From NCBI GenBank assembly GCA_000435195.1, contig FR880304.1, forward strand, positions 29,610-81,492: a stretch of DNA of 51,883 nucleotides, read 5' to 3'. This DNA is from Clostridium sp. CAG:169. GTDB taxonomy: Bacteria; Bacillota; Clostridia; Oscillospirales; Ruminococcaceae. The notes under the pieces are model-generated. The model was not told where the DNA came from. It made no database searches and was given only the letters and a program-made list of their open reading frames with translations. Shown one piece after another: positions 7,693-17,936 of this stretch. Both the position numbers and the translations under genes were made by a program. The stretch's first letter is position 1, and each line of letters begins with the position of its first letter.

Positions 7693-10413
7693 TTACACCA
7701 GTCCTTTCGCCCTGCGTCCGGCAGTCAGCAGAGTATTGAGCTGCTGAGAAATCTTCCGGATATCGTCGTCGCTTCTGACACTCATTTCCTCGATATTGAT
7801 GAGAGGCTGGTCGCCTGAAACACTGAGAGTAGCACTGCTTACTGCATCCTGAATCATGGAGCGCAGAGAGCTCACACCGACCACAGCTTCATCACCGGCC
7901 TCACCGCCGCCAAGAAGCGTGCCGCCGCTCTGACCGAAGATGGTCGCATCCTTTAAGATCATGCCGCCGGACATCGCCTTCTTATACCAATCCACAGAAA
8001 AGTGTGGTATGGATGGCGGGTTCAGCGAAAAGCTGCCTGTGATGGAGAAATGCGGCAGCTTGATCTTCGGCAGGCTCCAGCTGAAATTGAATACGCTCTT
8101 TAGCTTGTTTACGATGCCGGATACCGTGCTCCAGATGGTATTGAACACATTCGAGATGGTACTCTTGATTCCATTTACGATATTGGACACCGTGCTCTTG
8201 ATCGCATTGAAGCCGTTGCTGATGCCGGATTTCATGGTATTCACCACATTCATGACCGCGCTCTTTATGCCGTTCCAAACGGAAGTGACCACGCTCTTTA
8301 CGGCATTGAAAATCGTAGAGGTCGTAGTCTTGATGGCATTCCATGCGGTGGTGATGACCGTCTTTATGGCATTCACGACAGTTTCAACAGCTGTTTTTAT
8401 CGCGTTCCAAACAGTAGTAACCACGGTCTTTATCACGTTCAGGACGGTTTCGATGATCGTCTTATAGATATTGAAGTAAGTGGTCACTACAGTTTTGATT
8501 GCATTGAATATTGTTTCAAAAAAGCTTTTGATGCCATTCCAGATCGTTGAGATAACCGTCTTTATGGCATTCATCACGGTTTCGACCGTGCTTTTTATCG
8601 TATTCCAAGCTGTGGTAAGAAAACTGCTGATTGCATTTACCACAGTGGTGAAGGTGTTCTTTATTGCCTCCCAGACACTGACGAAGAAGTCCTTGATCGC
8701 CGTCCATACAGTAATGGCGATCTCCTTGACATTTTCCCAGAGGTTGATCCAGAATTCTCTGAAGCCCTCGCAGTTGTTCCACAGGTAGATAAATGCAGCT
8801 ACCAGCAGACCGATGGCCGTAATGATCAGGCCTATCGGATTTGCCGCCATGACAGCATTCAGACCAGCCATCGCCGTCTTTACTCCGGCCATAGCAGTGG
8901 TAACAGTAGGAATAATCGTCATAATGGTACCAACAGCGGATATAACCTTACCGACGATTACAAGTACCGGCCCGATTGCAGCAGCCACGAGCGCAATTTT
9001 CACGATCATCTGCTGCATAGGCTCTCCGAGGTTGTTCCACCATTCGGCGAGGGATTTTAGCTTGTCAGAGAGCTCTTTAAGGACAGGAGCGAGAACTGAC
9101 ATCAGGGAGTTGCCGACCTCTGCACCGGTTTCCTTCAGAGAGTTCATGGTCATCTGGAACTGGTCAATCGGGTCGAGTGTCTCATTGAAGGTGTTCTCGA
9201 CACTGCCTTCAAAATCTCCGAGGAAGCCGGAGAAATCCGACAGGTTGAGCTTTCCGGTCTGCACGGCATTATAAATGGAGGCACCGGCCTTACTTCCGAA
9301 AAGGTCATAGGCCGCCTGCAGCTTTTCTGCATCGTTGCCGCTTCCTTGCATGGTGGTGGAAAATTCCGCAAGCACCTGATCCAGCGTTTTACCGTCTGCC
9401 GTTGCATTCTTCATGGCTGTCTTTAAGCCCATCATGGCGGCAGATGTATCAAGACCTGACATTTCCACCATGCTCATAAAGCCAGCGGCCTGCTGGGCGG
9501 TGAGTCCCATTTCCTTCAACTGCGCGGCATTGGCGGAGAGGGCGTTTGCCAGTGTATCCATATCAATGCCGGTGGCCTGACCGGTGGCATTTAAAGCATC
9601 CAGAAGATTATCCGCCTCGGAAGCGTCCATGCCGAAGGCGTTCATGACGGAGGATACATTGTCGATAGATGTCGAAACATCGGTATCATTGAGCTGGGCA
9701 AACTTGATGAATTTTGCCGAGAGGTCATCCAGCGCCTGCCCGGTCAGGCCGAAACGGGTGTTGACCTCGCCGACAGCAGCACCGGCAGTTTCGAAGTCCG
9801 TCGGTATCTCCGTGGCGAGGTCTTTTACGATCTGGCACATATCCTCCAGCTCATCGCCGGTAGCACCAGTTTTCTGCGCAACGATGTCGAGGCCAGCATC
9901 CACCTCGTTAAAGGCAGCAATGGAGGCAGCACCGATGGCGACAATGGGAGCCGTTACATGCGTCGATAGGCTCGTGCCAACATCAGATATTTTCCCACCG
10001 ACCTCCTGCAGTTTAGAGCCGGTCGCCCGGAGTGTTGCCGTGATAGAAGTATCTGTTTCCCGACACTGCTGTTCGAGGTTTTTGAGCTCGTTTTCGGTCT
10101 CTATGATCTCACGCTGCCATGCATCATATTGCTGCTGGGTGACGGTACCGTTTTTAAGTCCAGCATCCATCTGGTCTTGCACGGACTTCAGCTGTGTGAG
10201 CTTTTCCTTCGTTTCGGAGACTGCCTGTTGTAGGAGCTTCTGTTTCTGTTCGAGCAGCGCGGTATTTGTCGGGTCGAGCTTTAGGAGTTTGTTGACGTCC
10301 TTTAGTTGCGACTGAGTTGATTTGATTTCTTTGTTTACGCCGGAGAGTGCTTTGGAAAGGCCGGTCGTATCGCCGACGATTTCCACGGTTATGCCTTTAA
10401 TTCTGTCAGCCAT
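7693..10413 (-). CDS. Tail tape measure protein
   Basis: MADRIKGITVEI..DTT start, long helical protein, TM segments, 11-residue W/F periodic repeats. Confidence 0.95.
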   Translation of the reverse strand: MADRIKGITVEIVGDTTGLSKALSGVNKEIKSTQSQLKDVNKLLKLDPTNTALLEQKQKLLQQAVSETKEKLTQLKSVQDQMDAGLKNGTVTQQQYDAWQREIIETENELKNLEQQCRETDTSITATLRATGSKLQEVGGKISDVGTSLSTHVTAPIVAIGAASIAAFNEVDAGLDIVAQKTGATGDELEDMCQIVKDLATEIPTDFETAGAAVGEVNTRFGLTGQALDDLSAKFIKFAQLNDTDVSTSIDNVSSVMNAFGMDASEADNLLDALNATGQATGIDMDTLANALSANAAQLKEMGLTAQQAAGFMSMVEMSGLDTSAAMMGLKTAMKNATADGKTLDQVLAEFSTTMQGSGNDAEKLQAAYDLFGSKAGASIYNAVQTGKLNLSDFSGFLGDFEGSVENTFNETLDPIDQFQMTMNSLKETGAEVGNSLMSVLAPVLKELSDKLKSLAEWWNNLGEPMQQMIVKIALVAAAIGPVLVIVGKVISAVGTIMTIIPTVTTAMAGVKTAMAGLNAVMAANPIGLIITAIGLLVAAFIYLWNNCEGFREFWINLWENVKEIAITVWTAIKDFFVSVWEAIKNTFTTVVNAISSFLTTAWNTIKSTVETVMNAIKTVISTIWNGIKSFFETIFNAIKTVVTTYFNIYKTIIETVLNVIKTVVTTVWNAIKTAVETVVNAIKTVITTAWNAIKTTTSTIFNAVKSVVTSVWNGIKSAVMNVVNTMKSGISNGFNAIKSTVSNIVNGIKSTISNVFNTIWSTVSGIVNKLKSVFNFSWSLPKIKLPHFSITGSFSLNPPSIPHFSVDWYKKAMSGGMILKDATIFGQSGGTLLGGGEAGDEAVVGVSSLRSMIQDAVSSATLSVSGDQPLINIEEMSVRSDDDIRKISQQLNTLLTAGRRAKGLV

Positions 10414-10431
10414 GCGATGACCTCCTTCCTG

Positions 10432-10596
10432 TTAAAATCGATCCATCTGCTCCTGTGTCGCGAGCGCAGGATAGTTGAAATCGTCGTTGCTCATTTCTGC
10501 ATACATGTCATTGACAGTCCCGATAGTGAGCAGGTCGAGCTCCGAGATGGAAAGCCCGATCTGCACACACCGGAGTAAAAAGAGCGGGGTTGTCAT
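10432..10596 (-). CDS. Tail assembly chaperone gpT-like segment (probable -1 frameshift extension of 10593-10970)
   Basis: Manual translation MTTPLFLLRCVQIGLSISELDLLTIGTVNDMYAEMSNDDFNYPALATQEQMDRF*; open in the -1 frame from the A8 run at 10618-10625. Confidence 0.82.
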   Translation of the reverse strand: MTTPLFLLRCVQIGLSISELDLLTIGTVNDMYAEMSNDDFNYPALATQEQMDRF

Positions 10597-10970
10597 TTCC
10601 CGCTCTGTCGGATGATGTTTTTTTTAGATTCCACCTGCTGTTCCACATTGATTCCCCACAGCTCGATGATCTGGGGCAGGATTTCATAGATGGAGAAGGT
10701 GTTGAACTGGTCGAGCCAGTCCTCCGGAGTATCCGGGACATCAGGATTCTGATGCTTTGCCATCAGCCAAGCGATGTTCTCAAAAAGCTCCAGACTGAAA
10801 GTGTCCAGATTGGAGCTTTCTGCGTTGCTTTCATCGATGCCTTTCTGCAGCTCGTTTAAATCCTTGTAAATATCTCTGTGGAACTTATTTCTGTAAAGGC
10901 GAGGAATGGCGGCTGAGGCGCGGAACTGCACCTCTTTGCCGTCAACCTCGATTGTTTTTGTTACTGCCAT
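10593..10970 (-). CDS. Tail assembly chaperone gpG-like
   Basis: Between major tail and tape measure genes; ends ...ESKKN at the slippery site. Confidence 0.85.
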   Translation of the reverse strand: MAVTKTIEVDGKEVQFRASAAIPRLYRNKFHRDIYKDLNELQKGIDESNAESSNLDTFSLELFENIAWLMAKHQNPDVPDTPEDWLDQFNTFSIYEILPQIIELWGINVEQQVESKKNIIRQSGK

Positions 10971-10981
10971 ATCGCGCCTCC

Positions 10982-11566
10982 TTATTCACCGCTACTTACT
11001 GAAGCACTCGGCTCATATACAGAGCTGTACCAAGCGTCGTAAACAGCACTTGTAGTGTTCGTACCAGTTTTGACCTTCACAATGCCGGAAGGGAGCGGAG
11101 AAGCTGTGATGGAGAGCGTCTCAGTCTGCACCTCGGTAGAGTCCTCCTTGGTGCTGCCGGTGACGGAAGGACGGGTCGCGCTGCAGTAATAAATGCAGTG
11201 ACGGATCTTTCTCTGGTCGCCGGAAAACTCAAAGAGTAGCGCAAAATGCTCCGGCTCTACATCCTTGTTCTCAACAATGACGCCGTTTGCATCCTCAGTC
11301 TCGTGCATGACATCCGTAAGAAAGCTCTCCGGGATCAGCGCCAGTTCAAAGTCGCCGGAATAGCCGTTGTTGTTTGAAACCATGTAATATACGGAGTCGT
11401 CCGCATAGAATGGATCATTATCTCCCTCAGCATCCAGCGAAAGGGATACGGCACCGGGCATTGCTACGGGTGTACCAAAGGTGACAGTGCCGTCAGCGGC
11501 AAGCGTAGCAATGGCGTAGTGGCAGTTTTTAAGGCCGAACTTGACCTTGTTACTCGTGTTAGGCAT
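10982..11566 (-). CDS. Major tail protein (phi13 family)
   Basis: NKVKFGLKNCHYA, PGAVSLSL, FYADD, FALLFEF; start chosen at ATG 11566 after RBS GGAGG. Confidence 0.92.
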   Translation of the reverse strand: MPNTSNKVKFGLKNCHYAIATLAADGTVTFGTPVAMPGAVSLSLDAEGDNDPFYADDSVYYMVSNNNGYSGDFELALIPESFLTDVMHETEDANGVIVENKDVEPEHFALLFEFSGDQRKIRHCIYYCSATRPSVTGSTKEDSTEVQTETLSITASPLPSGIVKVKTGTNTTSAVYDAWYSSVYEPSASVSSGE

Positions 11567-11571
11567 AGTTT

Positions 11572-11898
11572 TTAACCTCCTATGATCTGTGTTTGATATA
11601 AGACCTCGTACAACTTCTCTGACTCGATCCATACCTCAGATTTCTCGTAAGGCAGGTCGTGGGCGATTAAGGTGTCCTCGATCTGGGTTTCTGCTTCCGG
11701 GTCTTTAACGTCCGTGTATAATTCGATGTTCAGTTCATCAATTTTCTTGAACACCGTGTCATCCGCGAACATATTGTCAGAGCCCGGATAAAGAAAAACG
11801 AGGAAGGGTGGGTCTGGTGACTCGCCTTCGGCAAAATGGTCGTAGGCAAACGGCAGACCGGCTTCCTCTAACATGGTGATTACATCGTCGTATGTCAT
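11572..11898 (-). CDS. Tail terminator / completion protein
   Basis: Synteny; GLPFAYDHF...ADD...IELYTD...EKLYEVLY. Confidence 0.8.
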   Translation of the reverse strand: MTYDDVITMLEEAGLPFAYDHFAEGESPDPPFLVFLYPGSDNMFADDTVFKKIDELNIELYTDVKDPEAETQIEDTLIAHDLPYEKSEVWIESEKLYEVLYQTQIIGG

Positions 11899-12281
11899 GA
11901 TCCACCTCCCAGCTTCTGCTTGATGGTATTGACGAGCTTTTCGTTTCCGCGCTCCTCGGCTGAGGCGATATGAGGCTGTGCCGGAACACGTCCGCCGCCA
12001 CGTTTCACATGCCCATGCTCCAGAAGGTGTGCTAGCTGATAGCGGTTCCTCGAATGCACTACAAGGTCAATGCTCTGTGAATCCTCGTGCATATTCTTGA
12101 CCGACCAGCTTTTCTTGTATTTGCCGGTATCGACCGGAGCGCCTGCCTGAATATCCTTACGGACGGAAGCAGCAGTTTCTTTCACAGCGGCCTTCAGGTC
12201 ATCTGTGGCGAGCTTTGAATATTTTTCGAGCTCCTCCATAATGGCTTCACCCATCTCGTTTATTGATACATTTCTACTCAT
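11895..12281 (-). CDS. HK97 gp10-like neck protein
   Basis: APVDTGKYKKSW...LAHLLEHGH...AQPHI. Confidence 0.88.
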   Translation of the reverse strand: MSRNVSINEMGEAIMEELEKYSKLATDDLKAAVKETAASVRKDIQAGAPVDTGKYKKSWSVKNMHEDSQSIDLVVHSRNRYQLAHLLEHGHVKRGGGRVPAQPHIASAEERGNEKLVNTIKQKLGGGS

Positions 12282-12610
12282 GCGTTCTTCTCCAGCTTGC
12301 AGTTGAATTTCAGGCTGTTATGCTTATAGCCCATCGGATTCACATAGGTGATGTTGTAGGTGCGGCCTTCTGCGATGATCCGGTATTTTGTCGATTCCAC
12401 ATCCGCGAGCTCAGAGCAGTAGCGGCAGGTGAAGTCCAGCGATTCCTCCGGATTGATGACTACACCGGAAGATTCGGAACCGGAGCTCGTGCCGACAGTC
12501 GCCCAGCAGGAGAAATAATCTGCCCAGCCGGTTTTGTGGTTTCCGTATTTGTCGACGATGACCGTATTTTTCTGGAAAGTGACGCGCACCCTCATAGCTG
12601 CTATATTCAT
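12278..12610 (-). CDS. Head closure / head-tail adaptor (SPP1 gp16-like)
   Basis: DKYGN...W...CWA...FTCRY...YRI...YNI pattern; synteny. Confidence 0.85.
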   Translation of the reverse strand: MNIAAMRVRVTFQKNTVIVDKYGNHKTGWADYFSCWATVGTSSGSESSGVVINPEESLDFTCRYCSELADVESTKYRIIAEGRTYNITYVNPMGYKHNSLKFNCKLEKNA

Positions 12611-12942
12611 GAAAACGCTCCTTCCCGTATTGCAAAAAGAAGTGAGCGTAGTGTCATGGTAAGAGCATGGTGGTCGGCTTCCTCCCTGTGCTCAAAGAGA
12701 TAGGCACAGGTATAGAGGATAGCGACCTTCATGGTTTCCCGGATTGCAGACAGCTCCGCTTCCGTATATTCATCAGAAGAAGCAGCATCGGAGTCGATCA
12801 CTTCCCACTGATCATCCGTAAGTCTTGCAATATCAATACATAAGCGAATTGCGGAGGCCAAGAGGATACCGACCGTGGCATCCTCATCCGACGAATCTAC
12901 GCGCAGATAGGCCTTCGCATCTTCAGTTGAAATCAAAGCCAC
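12607..12942 (-). CDS. Head-tail connector (gp6-like)
   Basis: AKAYLRVD...ED...AILY...YLFEHRE. Confidence 0.88.
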   Translation of the reverse strand: MALISTEDAKAYLRVDSSDEDATVGILLASAIRLCIDIARLTDDQWEVIDSDAASSDEYTEAELSAIRETMKVAILYTCAYLFEHREEADHHALTMTLRSLLFAIREGAFS

Positions 12943-12961
12943 GGTCGTTCACCTCCCCGCC

Positions 12962-14197
12962 TTAAGAACCGGAAGTTGCTTTCATGTCAAGAATCTTGAT
13001 GCCTTCGGAAAGGATCAGCTTGCCGTCAACACGCTCCGTGCAGGTAAAGCCGACCTGACCGTTGGTAGCGTAGAGCTCGTTGAGGCACTTGATCGTGCGA
13101 CCGGCTCTATCAGCGATCCAGTAGCAGGAGAAGTCGCCGAATGCGATGGCTCTTGCACCTGCGGCCATTGTAGGTACCTTCGGAGAGGTGTAGAGTGGAT
13201 AGCCAAGCAGTCTATCAGGCTCTCCGGCAGTAAGAGCAGGCTGCCATACATAGACGCCGTTCAGATCCTTGAGCTTTCTGATAGCTGCGACAGTGGCATC
13301 ATTCATGAGGAACTTCGCCTTGCTGCGATACGGTGCCTTGAGAGAGTACACAAGGCTGATCAGCTCATCGGCAGTAATTGCCGTAGCGGAAGCTGCGGTT
13401 ACGCCGGAAGGAGCACCACCAGCGGCAGAAGGAATGAACAGGCCAGTAGGTCTGTCGATAGCCGTCTGGCCGGTCTGCACAGCACCGTTGATGAAGGCAT
13501 CTTCTTCAGCTTCACCGAAGGCGCGACCGAATTCCTCAGAGATGTAGCCTTCGATATCAAAGAAGCTGTCGGAAAGCAGCTCGTCGGACACCTTGATGAG
13601 GTCAGTCAGCTTAAAAGCGTCAATGCTGGTCTGCGCGAAGGTCGGATTGCTCTCGGTGTAGGCACCGTTCTCGGCAGTCCACGCCGCCTGCGTGTGACCA
13701 TTTGCCACAGGGATCTTGCGCTCGTTCTGTGTGGTAATGACCTTGCAGCCGATAGTACGCATGATATTGTTTTCGTTGAGCGCCTGAACAAGGGTGTGCT
13801 CGAATTCAATCGGAACAAGGTATCCGCCGTTTGCATCGGTTCCTTCCTCAAGTACATCGCGGATTGCGGGATTGCCGGGATGACGGATGTTGTCCCAGAA
13901 GGCCTTTTTATAGGCAGCAGAAGCTCTGCCGGGCTTATCTTCCGGTTCATCCTTTACACCGGGCTTTCCGGTGAGCGGAGTAGAAGTCGGTGCGCTCATC
14001 ATCTTGTCGATCTGTTCCTGACGCTGTAGGCGCTCGATATCCTTGGTGAGGTCGGTGACTTCCTTTTCCATCTTGTCGTAGGTTGCGGCATCCTCCGCAG
14101 AAACCATGCCGCCGTTCTGAGAGTGGCTATTAAGAAACGCCTTAGCGGCCTCCCATGCCTTCGCTCTCTTGTCCATGAGTTCCATAATCTGAGTCAT
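12962..14197 (-). CDS. Major capsid protein, HK97 fold
   Basis: Coiled-coil delta domain, GGYLVP, VSDELLSDS, KLKDLNGVYVW, FGDFS, ERVDGK. Confidence 0.96.
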   Translation of the reverse strand: MTQIMELMDKRAKAWEAAKAFLNSHSQNGGMVSAEDAATYDKMEKEVTDLTKDIERLQRQEQIDKMMSAPTSTPLTGKPGVKDEPEDKPGRASAAYKKAFWDNIRHPGNPAIRDVLEEGTDANGGYLVPIEFEHTLVQALNENNIMRTIGCKVITTQNERKIPVANGHTQAAWTAENGAYTESNPTFAQTSIDAFKLTDLIKVSDELLSDSFFDIEGYISEEFGRAFGEAEEDAFINGAVQTGQTAIDRPTGLFIPSAAGGAPSGVTAASATAITADELISLVYSLKAPYRSKAKFLMNDATVAAIRKLKDLNGVYVWQPALTAGEPDRLLGYPLYTSPKVPTMAAGARAIAFGDFSCYWIADRAGRTIKCLNELYATNGQVGFTCTERVDGKLILSEGIKILDMKATSGS

Positions 14198-14212
14198 AAT
14201 AAAAATCCTCCT

Positions 14213-14941
14213 TTAATGTGCGAGAAGCGAAAGGCGCTTCTCAAGATCGGTTACTGGTACCATGTGTTTATTTGCTTCCGGCTTCTTCTTGGGAATCAGT
14301 CGGGAAAGCAGCGAATCGGTGACGGCTTTGCGTGAGAAAAGCATCTCCGCGTCAGCCGTATCCTTCGGGACAGATTTTTCTCCATCCCTGAACAGAATCT
14401 CGTCAGCAAAGCCAAGCTTCACGGCTTCCTTGGCGTTCATCCATGTCTCGGCATCCATGAGCTGTGAAATCTTGTGACGGGAGAGCCCGGACTTGATTTC
14501 GTAGGCATTCATAATGGATTCCTTGACTTCGTTTAACATGTCGATGGCCTTCTGCATTTCCTCGGTATCACCGATGGCGATGGTCGCAGGGTTGTGTACC
14601 ATCATCATGGCCACGGGACTCATGCAGACCTTTGTTCCGGCCATAGCGATAACCGATGCCGCCGAAGCAGCAAGAGCATCAATTTTGACCGTCACATCAT
14701 GTGGGTAATCCATCAGCATGTTGTAGATCTGCGCAGCAGCAAAAACATCACCGCCCGGAGAGTTGATCCAGAGGGTGATGTTTCCATCGCCTGCATGCAG
14801 TTCATCACTAAATAGCTTGGGTGTTACTTCGTCGCCGAACCATGTCTCATCGGAGATTTCCCCGTCGAGGTAGAGCGTTCGGTCGGAGCCAAAGCTGTCC
14901 GGCTCCTCGTTTCGCACCCAGTTCCAAAACTTTCTGGTCAT
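14213..14941 (-). CDS. ClpP-like prohead protease
   Basis: INSPGGDV, AASAAS (Ser), MMVHNP (His), ETWM...GFAD. Confidence 0.94.
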   Translation of the reverse strand: MTRKFWNWVRNEEPDSFGSDRTLYLDGEISDETWFGDEVTPKLFSDELHAGDGNITLWINSPGGDVFAAAQIYNMLMDYPHDVTVKIDALAASAASVIAMAGTKVCMSPVAMMMVHNPATIAIGDTEEMQKAIDMLNEVKESIMNAYEIKSGLSRHKISQLMDAETWMNAKEAVKLGFADEILFRDGEKSVPKDTADAEMLFSRKAVTDSLLSRLIPKKKPEANKHMVPVTDLEKRLSLLAH

Positions 14942-16266
14942 AGTGCCTCCTTCTTTCTGAACCGGGTGCGCCCGTTTTCGGGTTCCGGTTCGGTTTGTGT
15001 TTCCTTCGTTTCATCAGCTTCCTCCTGCGTCTGTGCTGAGGCCGCAAAAATACCCGCGTCCTTGAGCTTGGTCATATTGCCATTGATCAGGTACAGGTCG
15101 CCGCCTTCCTCCTCCGGAATACGGTCGAGGTTTTCAAGCTCCCTGATATCGTTAGCGGACATCCAGCCATTTTGGCGTCCGACCGCATAGCCGTTCATGC
15201 GGCTCTGGTAGTCGCCTCTGAGCAGACCGTCCACGTTGAATTTGAAGAAGTAGTTTTTCTTTTCATCCGGAGAGAGCAGGGCTCTCTGCATGGACTGTTC
15301 CCAGCGACATACCCACGGGTCGAGCGTGTATTTCACAAATTCCAGCGACTGTTGCTCGATATTTGAGAAACTCGATTTCTCAAGATCGCCGATCATGTGA
15401 GGCGGGATGCGGAAGATACGTGCGATTTCATTGATCTGGAACTTACGTGTTTCCAAAAACTGCGCCTGTTCCGGTGAGATGGAGATAGGCGTATATTTCA
15501 TGCCTTCCTCCAGCACAGCCACCTTGTTTGCATTAGAGCTGCCGCCGAAAGCAGAGTTCCAGCTTTCTCTTACACGCTCCGGATCTTTTACCACACCGGG
15601 ATGTTCCAAGATACCGCCGGGAGTCGCGCCGTTTGCAAAAAACTTAGCGCCGTATTCTTCGCAGGCTATTGCCATGCCGATGGCATTCTTAGCCATAGCA
15701 ATCGGGCTGTAGCCCACAAGGCCGTCAAAGCCAAGGCCGGGAACATGCAGTACGTCGGACGGCTGGAGCCTTACGCGGCTGCCGTTCATCGTGTGCGCCT
15801 CATCCTGTGATGTTTGGTATTCGTAATAAAGCTCTCCGTTTTCATCACGGTTGACCGTCATACGATTTGGCATCAAAGGATAGAGCGCGACCACTTCACC
15901 TTTGCCGTTCCGAATGATCTGCGCGTAGGCATTTCCCCACAGGAGTAGGTGCGTCATCAATGTTTCCCGGAATACAAAGGATGTCATTTCCGGATTTGGC
16001 TCATCGTGAAGCAGGAAATAGAGCGGATGATTTATCGCTTTTTCCTTGCTGCCGCCTTCGCCGTATCGATAGAGGTGAATCGGCAGTCCTGCAATCGCCT
16101 CGGACAGAATCCTCACGCAGGAGTAGACCGCCGTCATCTGCATGGCGGAGCGCTCCGTTACAGCCTTGCCGGAGGTCGTGCCGCCGAAGAAGAAGCGGTA
16201 GGAGCTTCCGGTTGTTGAATTGGTAGGCTTATCTCTTGAACGAAACAGTCCTGAAAATATGCTCAT
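14938..16266 (-). CDS. Portal protein (HK97 family)
   Basis: AVYSCVRILSE, LLLWGNAYA, GYSPI, IARIFRIPPH, SFSNIEQQ; start set at ATG 16266. Confidence 0.95.
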   Translation of the reverse strand: MSIFSGLFRSRDKPTNSTTGSSYRFFFGGTTSGKAVTERSAMQMTAVYSCVRILSEAIAGLPIHLYRYGEGGSKEKAINHPLYFLLHDEPNPEMTSFVFRETLMTHLLLWGNAYAQIIRNGKGEVVALYPLMPNRMTVNRDENGELYYEYQTSQDEAHTMNGSRVRLQPSDVLHVPGLGFDGLVGYSPIAMAKNAIGMAIACEEYGAKFFANGATPGGILEHPGVVKDPERVRESWNSAFGGSSNANKVAVLEEGMKYTPISISPEQAQFLETRKFQINEIARIFRIPPHMIGDLEKSSFSNIEQQSLEFVKYTLDPWVCRWEQSMQRALLSPDEKKNYFFKFNVDGLLRGDYQSRMNGYAVGRQNGWMSANDIRELENLDRIPEEEGGDLYLINGNMTKLKDAGIFAASAQTQEEADETKETQTEPEPENGRTRFRKKEAL

Positions 16267-16282
16267 ATTGATCACCTGCCTT

Positions 16283-17890
16283 TCAGATAAATAAAATGCC
16301 TCTGTCGTCATAGACAGAAGCACCGTTGTCATTGCCGCAGCGGATCGCACGGTCAAGCGCCATGATGGTGGCGATAGCACCGTCGATCTTCTCTGTAGAT
16401 TTTTCCTTGTCAGCCTTGATATTTCCGGCTGGGTCAGTACGGATGAAGATGTTATCCATATTCCAGCGAAGCACCGGGTGGCCGCCGTGAGCGAGCTTTT
16501 GCTCAAGTGTCAGCTTCATGAGTTCCTTTGTGGGCGGGCTCATATCCTTAAAGCCCTGTCCGAAGGGCACGACAGTAAAGCCCATGTTCTCCAAGTTCTG
16601 AACCATCTGGACTGCTCCCCAGCGGTCGAATGCGATCTCGCGGATATTGAAGCGCTCGCCGAGATGCTCGATGAATTTCTCGATATAGCCATAATGGATG
16701 ACATTGCCCTCGGTGGTCTGCAGCATGCCTTCCTTTTCCCAACTGTCGTAGGGCACATGATCGCGCCTCACGCGAAGTTCCAGCGTATTCTCTGGCACCC
16801 AGAAGTATGGGAGGATCACATACTTGTCGTCTTCATCCCGTGGCGGGAACACCAGCACAAAGGAAGTAATATCCGTAGTGGAGGACAGGTCAAGACCGCC
16901 ATAGCAGACACGGCCTTCGAGGTCGTCCTCATTGACCGGAAAGGCGCAGGCGTCCCATTTATCCATTGGCATCCAGCGGACAGCCTGCTTTACCCATTGA
17001 TTAAGGCGCAGCTGCCTGAAGGAATTCTCTTCACCGGGGTTTTGCTTTGCCGATTCGCAGGCCGCTTCCACTTTGTCAATGCCGACCGTGATACCGAGAG
17101 AGGGGTTCGCCTTTTTCCACACCTCCGGATCAGTCCAGTCCTCGTCAGGTTCCGCACCGTAAATGACCGGATAGAAGGTTGGATCGACCTTCCTGCCGTC
17201 GAGGATGTCCTGCGCTTTCTGGTGGACTTCATAGCAGATGGTGTTTGTATCATTTCCGGCTGTGGTAATCAGGAAATACAGCGGCTGCATTCTGGCATCG
17301 CCGGAGCCCTTTGTCATTACATCAAAGAGTTTCCGATTCGGTTGGGTGTGAAGCTCATCGAATACCACACCGTGGATGTTAAAGCCGTGCTTACTGTAGG
17401 CCTCAGCGGAGAGAACCTGATAGAAGCTGTTGGTAGGCTCATAGATGATCCGTTTCTGGGAGGCCAGTATTTTGACGCGACGATTAAGTGCCAGACACAT
17501 CCTCACCATATCCGCAGCAACATCAAAAACGATGGTGGCCTGCTGTCTATCGGCAGCGCAGCCGTAGACTTCGGCGCGTTCCTCACCGTCACCGCAGCAA
17601 AGGAGCAGGGCGACAGCAGCGGCCAGCTCTGACTTTCCCATTTTCTTAGGAATTTCGATATAGGCCGTATTGAACTGACGGTAACCATTCGGCTTCAGGA
17701 CACCGAACAGGTCGCGGATGATCCTTTCCTGCCAGTCGATGAGCTCGAAGGGTTTTCCTGCCCACGTGCCTTTGGTGTGGGTGAGCTGCTCGATGAACAT
17801 CACAGCGAAGTCCGCCATCTGCTTGCTGTAGTGAGAAGTCTCTGCCATGAAGCGGGTCGGCTTATAGTTTTTCAGTTTTCGCATTGGCAC
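16283..17890 (-). CDS. Terminase large subunit
   Basis: IPKKMGKSE Walker A, VVFDELH Walker B, GGLDLS nuclease, KIDGAIA. Confidence 0.96.
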   Translation of the reverse strand: MPMRKLKNYKPTRFMAETSHYSKQMADFAVMFIEQLTHTKGTWAGKPFELIDWQERIIRDLFGVLKPNGYRQFNTAYIEIPKKMGKSELAAAVALLLCCGDGEERAEVYGCAADRQQATIVFDVAADMVRMCLALNRRVKILASQKRIIYEPTNSFYQVLSAEAYSKHGFNIHGVVFDELHTQPNRKLFDVMTKGSGDARMQPLYFLITTAGNDTNTICYEVHQKAQDILDGRKVDPTFYPVIYGAEPDEDWTDPEVWKKANPSLGITVGIDKVEAACESAKQNPGEENSFRQLRLNQWVKQAVRWMPMDKWDACAFPVNEDDLEGRVCYGGLDLSSTTDITSFVLVFPPRDEDDKYVILPYFWVPENTLELRVRRDHVPYDSWEKEGMLQTTEGNVIHYGYIEKFIEHLGERFNIREIAFDRWGAVQMVQNLENMGFTVVPFGQGFKDMSPPTKELMKLTLEQKLAHGGHPVLRWNMDNIFIRTDPAGNIKADKEKSTEKIDGAIATIMALDRAIRCGNDNGASVYDDRGILFI

Positions 17891-17911
17891 GGTGGCCGCC
17901 TCCTTTCAGAG

Positions 17912-17936
17912 CAAAATAAAAGACCGCCATAGCGAT
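17912..17936 (-). terminator. Terminator-like hairpin upstream of terL
   Basis: Minus strand GATCGC-TATG-GCGGTC followed by TTTTATTTT. Confidence 0.55.

Noticed and set aside
8100..8760. Periodic repeats that might be an array
   Set aside because: Degenerate coding repeats of the tape measure protein, not CRISPR or DNA-level repeats
14938..16506. Extended ORF-track starts for portal, major tail, terS, hsdS, ImmA and ABC ATPase
   Set aside because: They overlap upstream genes or noncoding signals; internal ATGs with RBSs fit the families better
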